In this document: piece by piece, positions 49,601 through 51,688 of the stretch
How the letters are laid out: every line of letters starts with the position of its first letter
Position numbering within the stretch: position 1 is the first letter of the stretch
Source of the DNA: Perkinsus chesapeaki ATCC PRA-425
Lineage: Eukaryota > Protista > Perkinsozoa
Reading direction: 5' to 3'
Length of the DNA: 51,688 bases
Assembly: GCA_013115145.1 (NCBI GenBank)
Contig: JAAPAO010000217.1
Span: 1 to 51,688, forward strand
Notes under the pieces: generated by a model
What the model was told of the DNA's origin: nothing
Databases searched by the model: none
What the model saw: the letters and a program-made list of their open reading frames with translations, nothing else
Translations under genes and position numbers: made by a program

Positions 49601-50454
49601 CTGAGATAATCACAAACGAGCATGGTTTGATGATTATATCAGCACATGATGGACTGACGAGAACGGTGAGATGCCATTACCGAACATGCAGGAGGGACAG
49701 GCTTCTAGCACAAAGAACATCGGTTGTTGCACAAGGGCTTTTACTTGCGATTCCTCTGGTTCACCCTCGTACACGAATTATTCTCCTAGAGCTGCATTTT
49801 GAGACCGGAGACGGGCTCTCCCTTCGTGAAGGATGTTTTTTTTCTTTTGGATATCTGAGAGCGATTTAGGTGATATTCCCCGACCACACGCGCTTCATCA
49901 CTAGGAAGAATGGTGGGCGTGAAGATATTTCGATTTCAAAGCTTGGATGGCCGTTATGTACCATGACTAATGATAAGGTGAGACGCCTAATCATTGTTTG
50001 GTAATCAACTGGACGTTTCCCTTCTAGCTCCGTGATCAGCGTTAGACTCTTGCTTGGGTAAAAATTTTAATATGGAAGGCTCTATAAGCACCTTCCGCTG
50101 TGTTTTCTTCTTCTTCATTTGTACTTTATCGAAGTATCGTGAGGAGGTATCAATACACGGTGTAACTTACACCCGACCTCGGAAATGATAGCAGAAGAAG
50201 GGGCCTACTAGAATACCGCTCCCTGTTTTCCACATGTTGATCACATGCAGAGCTTCCGTAGTAGCTTACGTTGGTGACCTGCAGCACGGACCGTGAAGTA
50301 GATTACATTCTCGTAAGATTTGGATGGAGTCTTTTCATTCGTAATTAGATTAAACCTGTACTATTAAGCTATTAAATAAATGGTGATATTAATAATAAAC
50401 GGTAGATTCGGAATGAGAATGCAAACTCGAGCGCATTAGTCAAAGAACAAGATA

Positions 50455-51054
50455 ATGCTGCCTCAGTTAACACTCGAGCTCGAGGATGGATCGAAAGTGA
50501 TGTCTCAATACGCAAGTAGCGGCTGTGAAATGCTCCTAGAGAAGGCGACAGATGGGCCTTCAGTGAAGGTAGATGCCAAGACAGGTGAGATGCCTGCTAT
50601 AAACTTGAGATACCCTTGGCTTACGTATATGGCTGAAAATATCTGCTTTTTGACTCAGGTCATTTCACGCTTATTGGCACTCCCTACATAGGAGAATTCA
50701 GAATAACTAAATTTGGAAGTTCCTTCGTTCTGTCTTGTCACGACGCTGAAGGGAATGCATTTGAGATCGACGGAAGGACCAATCGCTGTGAGCGAAGTCG
50801 GTCTCAGTTGAATGCGAACGGTTGCCGGCATAGGTTCCGTGAAATTGGCAACTTGTTTGGATGAAACGAAAGCAATGGAGTCCCCTCGTCCTGGTTTGAC
50901 CGGCGCTGAGAGCTTGCCTAACATGACGGCAATGTACCATCCTGATAAAGATGTAAGACGACTTTACGTCTTTCTTTGTTTGTTATCTCTCGTTGTCAAG
51001 TTATTCGAATCTAGTGTGGAATATGTGGTTATTGCTTCTCATCGGTTATTATAG
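50455..51054 (+). CDS. Hypothetical protein exons
   Basis: ORF segments 50455-50691 and 50812-51054 with internal donor sites. Confidence 0.35.
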
Positions 51055-51688
51055 GTTATTTACTAGGCGTATGCTCTTTTTCATTATTAGGATTAGCTTT
51101 GGTAATGGATAGCGATTGGTTTAGTTCATTACTAATGCATTATATTAATTATGCTTCATAATGCGTATAGAACTAATTTGCTAACGACTGTACCGCGCCA
51201 CTCCGCGACCAGCTGTTTCTACTTTACTACTAATTGTTTTCGTTCGCTTGTATACGGATACTCTCTTCGTCCTCGAAATTTACTGTTCGCTACCTACTTG
51301 TTAAGAAGGAAGCTTCCAGAAGAATGTTGAACACTTCTCAGTTGAACTAAGCTAGTTCTTATCTGGAATAATTAAACCGAAATAAAAATTAAAATTACTA
51401 AAAATAGGCTATTCTCGGTTTTCTGGTAAGCAGTCGATATTATCCCTCAGTTCCTTCCATCGGTGAACGGTCTTGTGTCTCATCCTCCAAGGTTAATTGT
51501 TGTGTACGGTAATGGTCGGAACGAAGCTGAAGTAAGTGGTAGGTATAATTCTCATCGCAACTACAGGTGCTGGTGAGTCAACACTCTAGATTCCGACTCG
51601 CATTTCGGATTTTCAATTAAGTGAGGTTTACGAAGTAGACAAGTTTAGTTGTGGTCGTCAATAAGCGGCACGCGTGCACGGACAGCAC

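Overview
Gene-dense eukaryotic nuclear DNA with many short (about 37-56 nt) GT-AG introns, so most ORF-track entries are exon fragments or antisense shadows and genes had to be spliced by eye. Intron style and gene content suggest an alveolate, most likely a Perkinsus-type perkinsid; this is inference, not a database result. Recognisable genes: ARF1 (3' part), a four-Cx9C (double CHCH) protein, a Rab5-family GTPase, a DUF1445/D-glutamate-cyclase-like protein, a membrane-anchored EEP (sphingomyelinase-like) hydrolase, an intronless S1/P1 nuclease with an RS tail, a two-domain GILT thiol reductase, an EF-hand protein and a GNAT acetyltransferase. There are also several hypothetical multi-exon genes whose boundaries are approximate. 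The main signal is an intron-tRNA association. All three full-length tRNA genes I found (Gly-GCC, Lys-UUU, Glu-UUC) lie inside spliceosomal introns of protein genes. Up to five introns of the EEP gene carry tRNA 3'-end relics. An exact 20-nt motif is shared by introns of two unrelated genes 19 kb apart. No prokaryotic features, CRISPR array, rRNA, spliced-leader RNA or recognisable autonomous transposon were seen.
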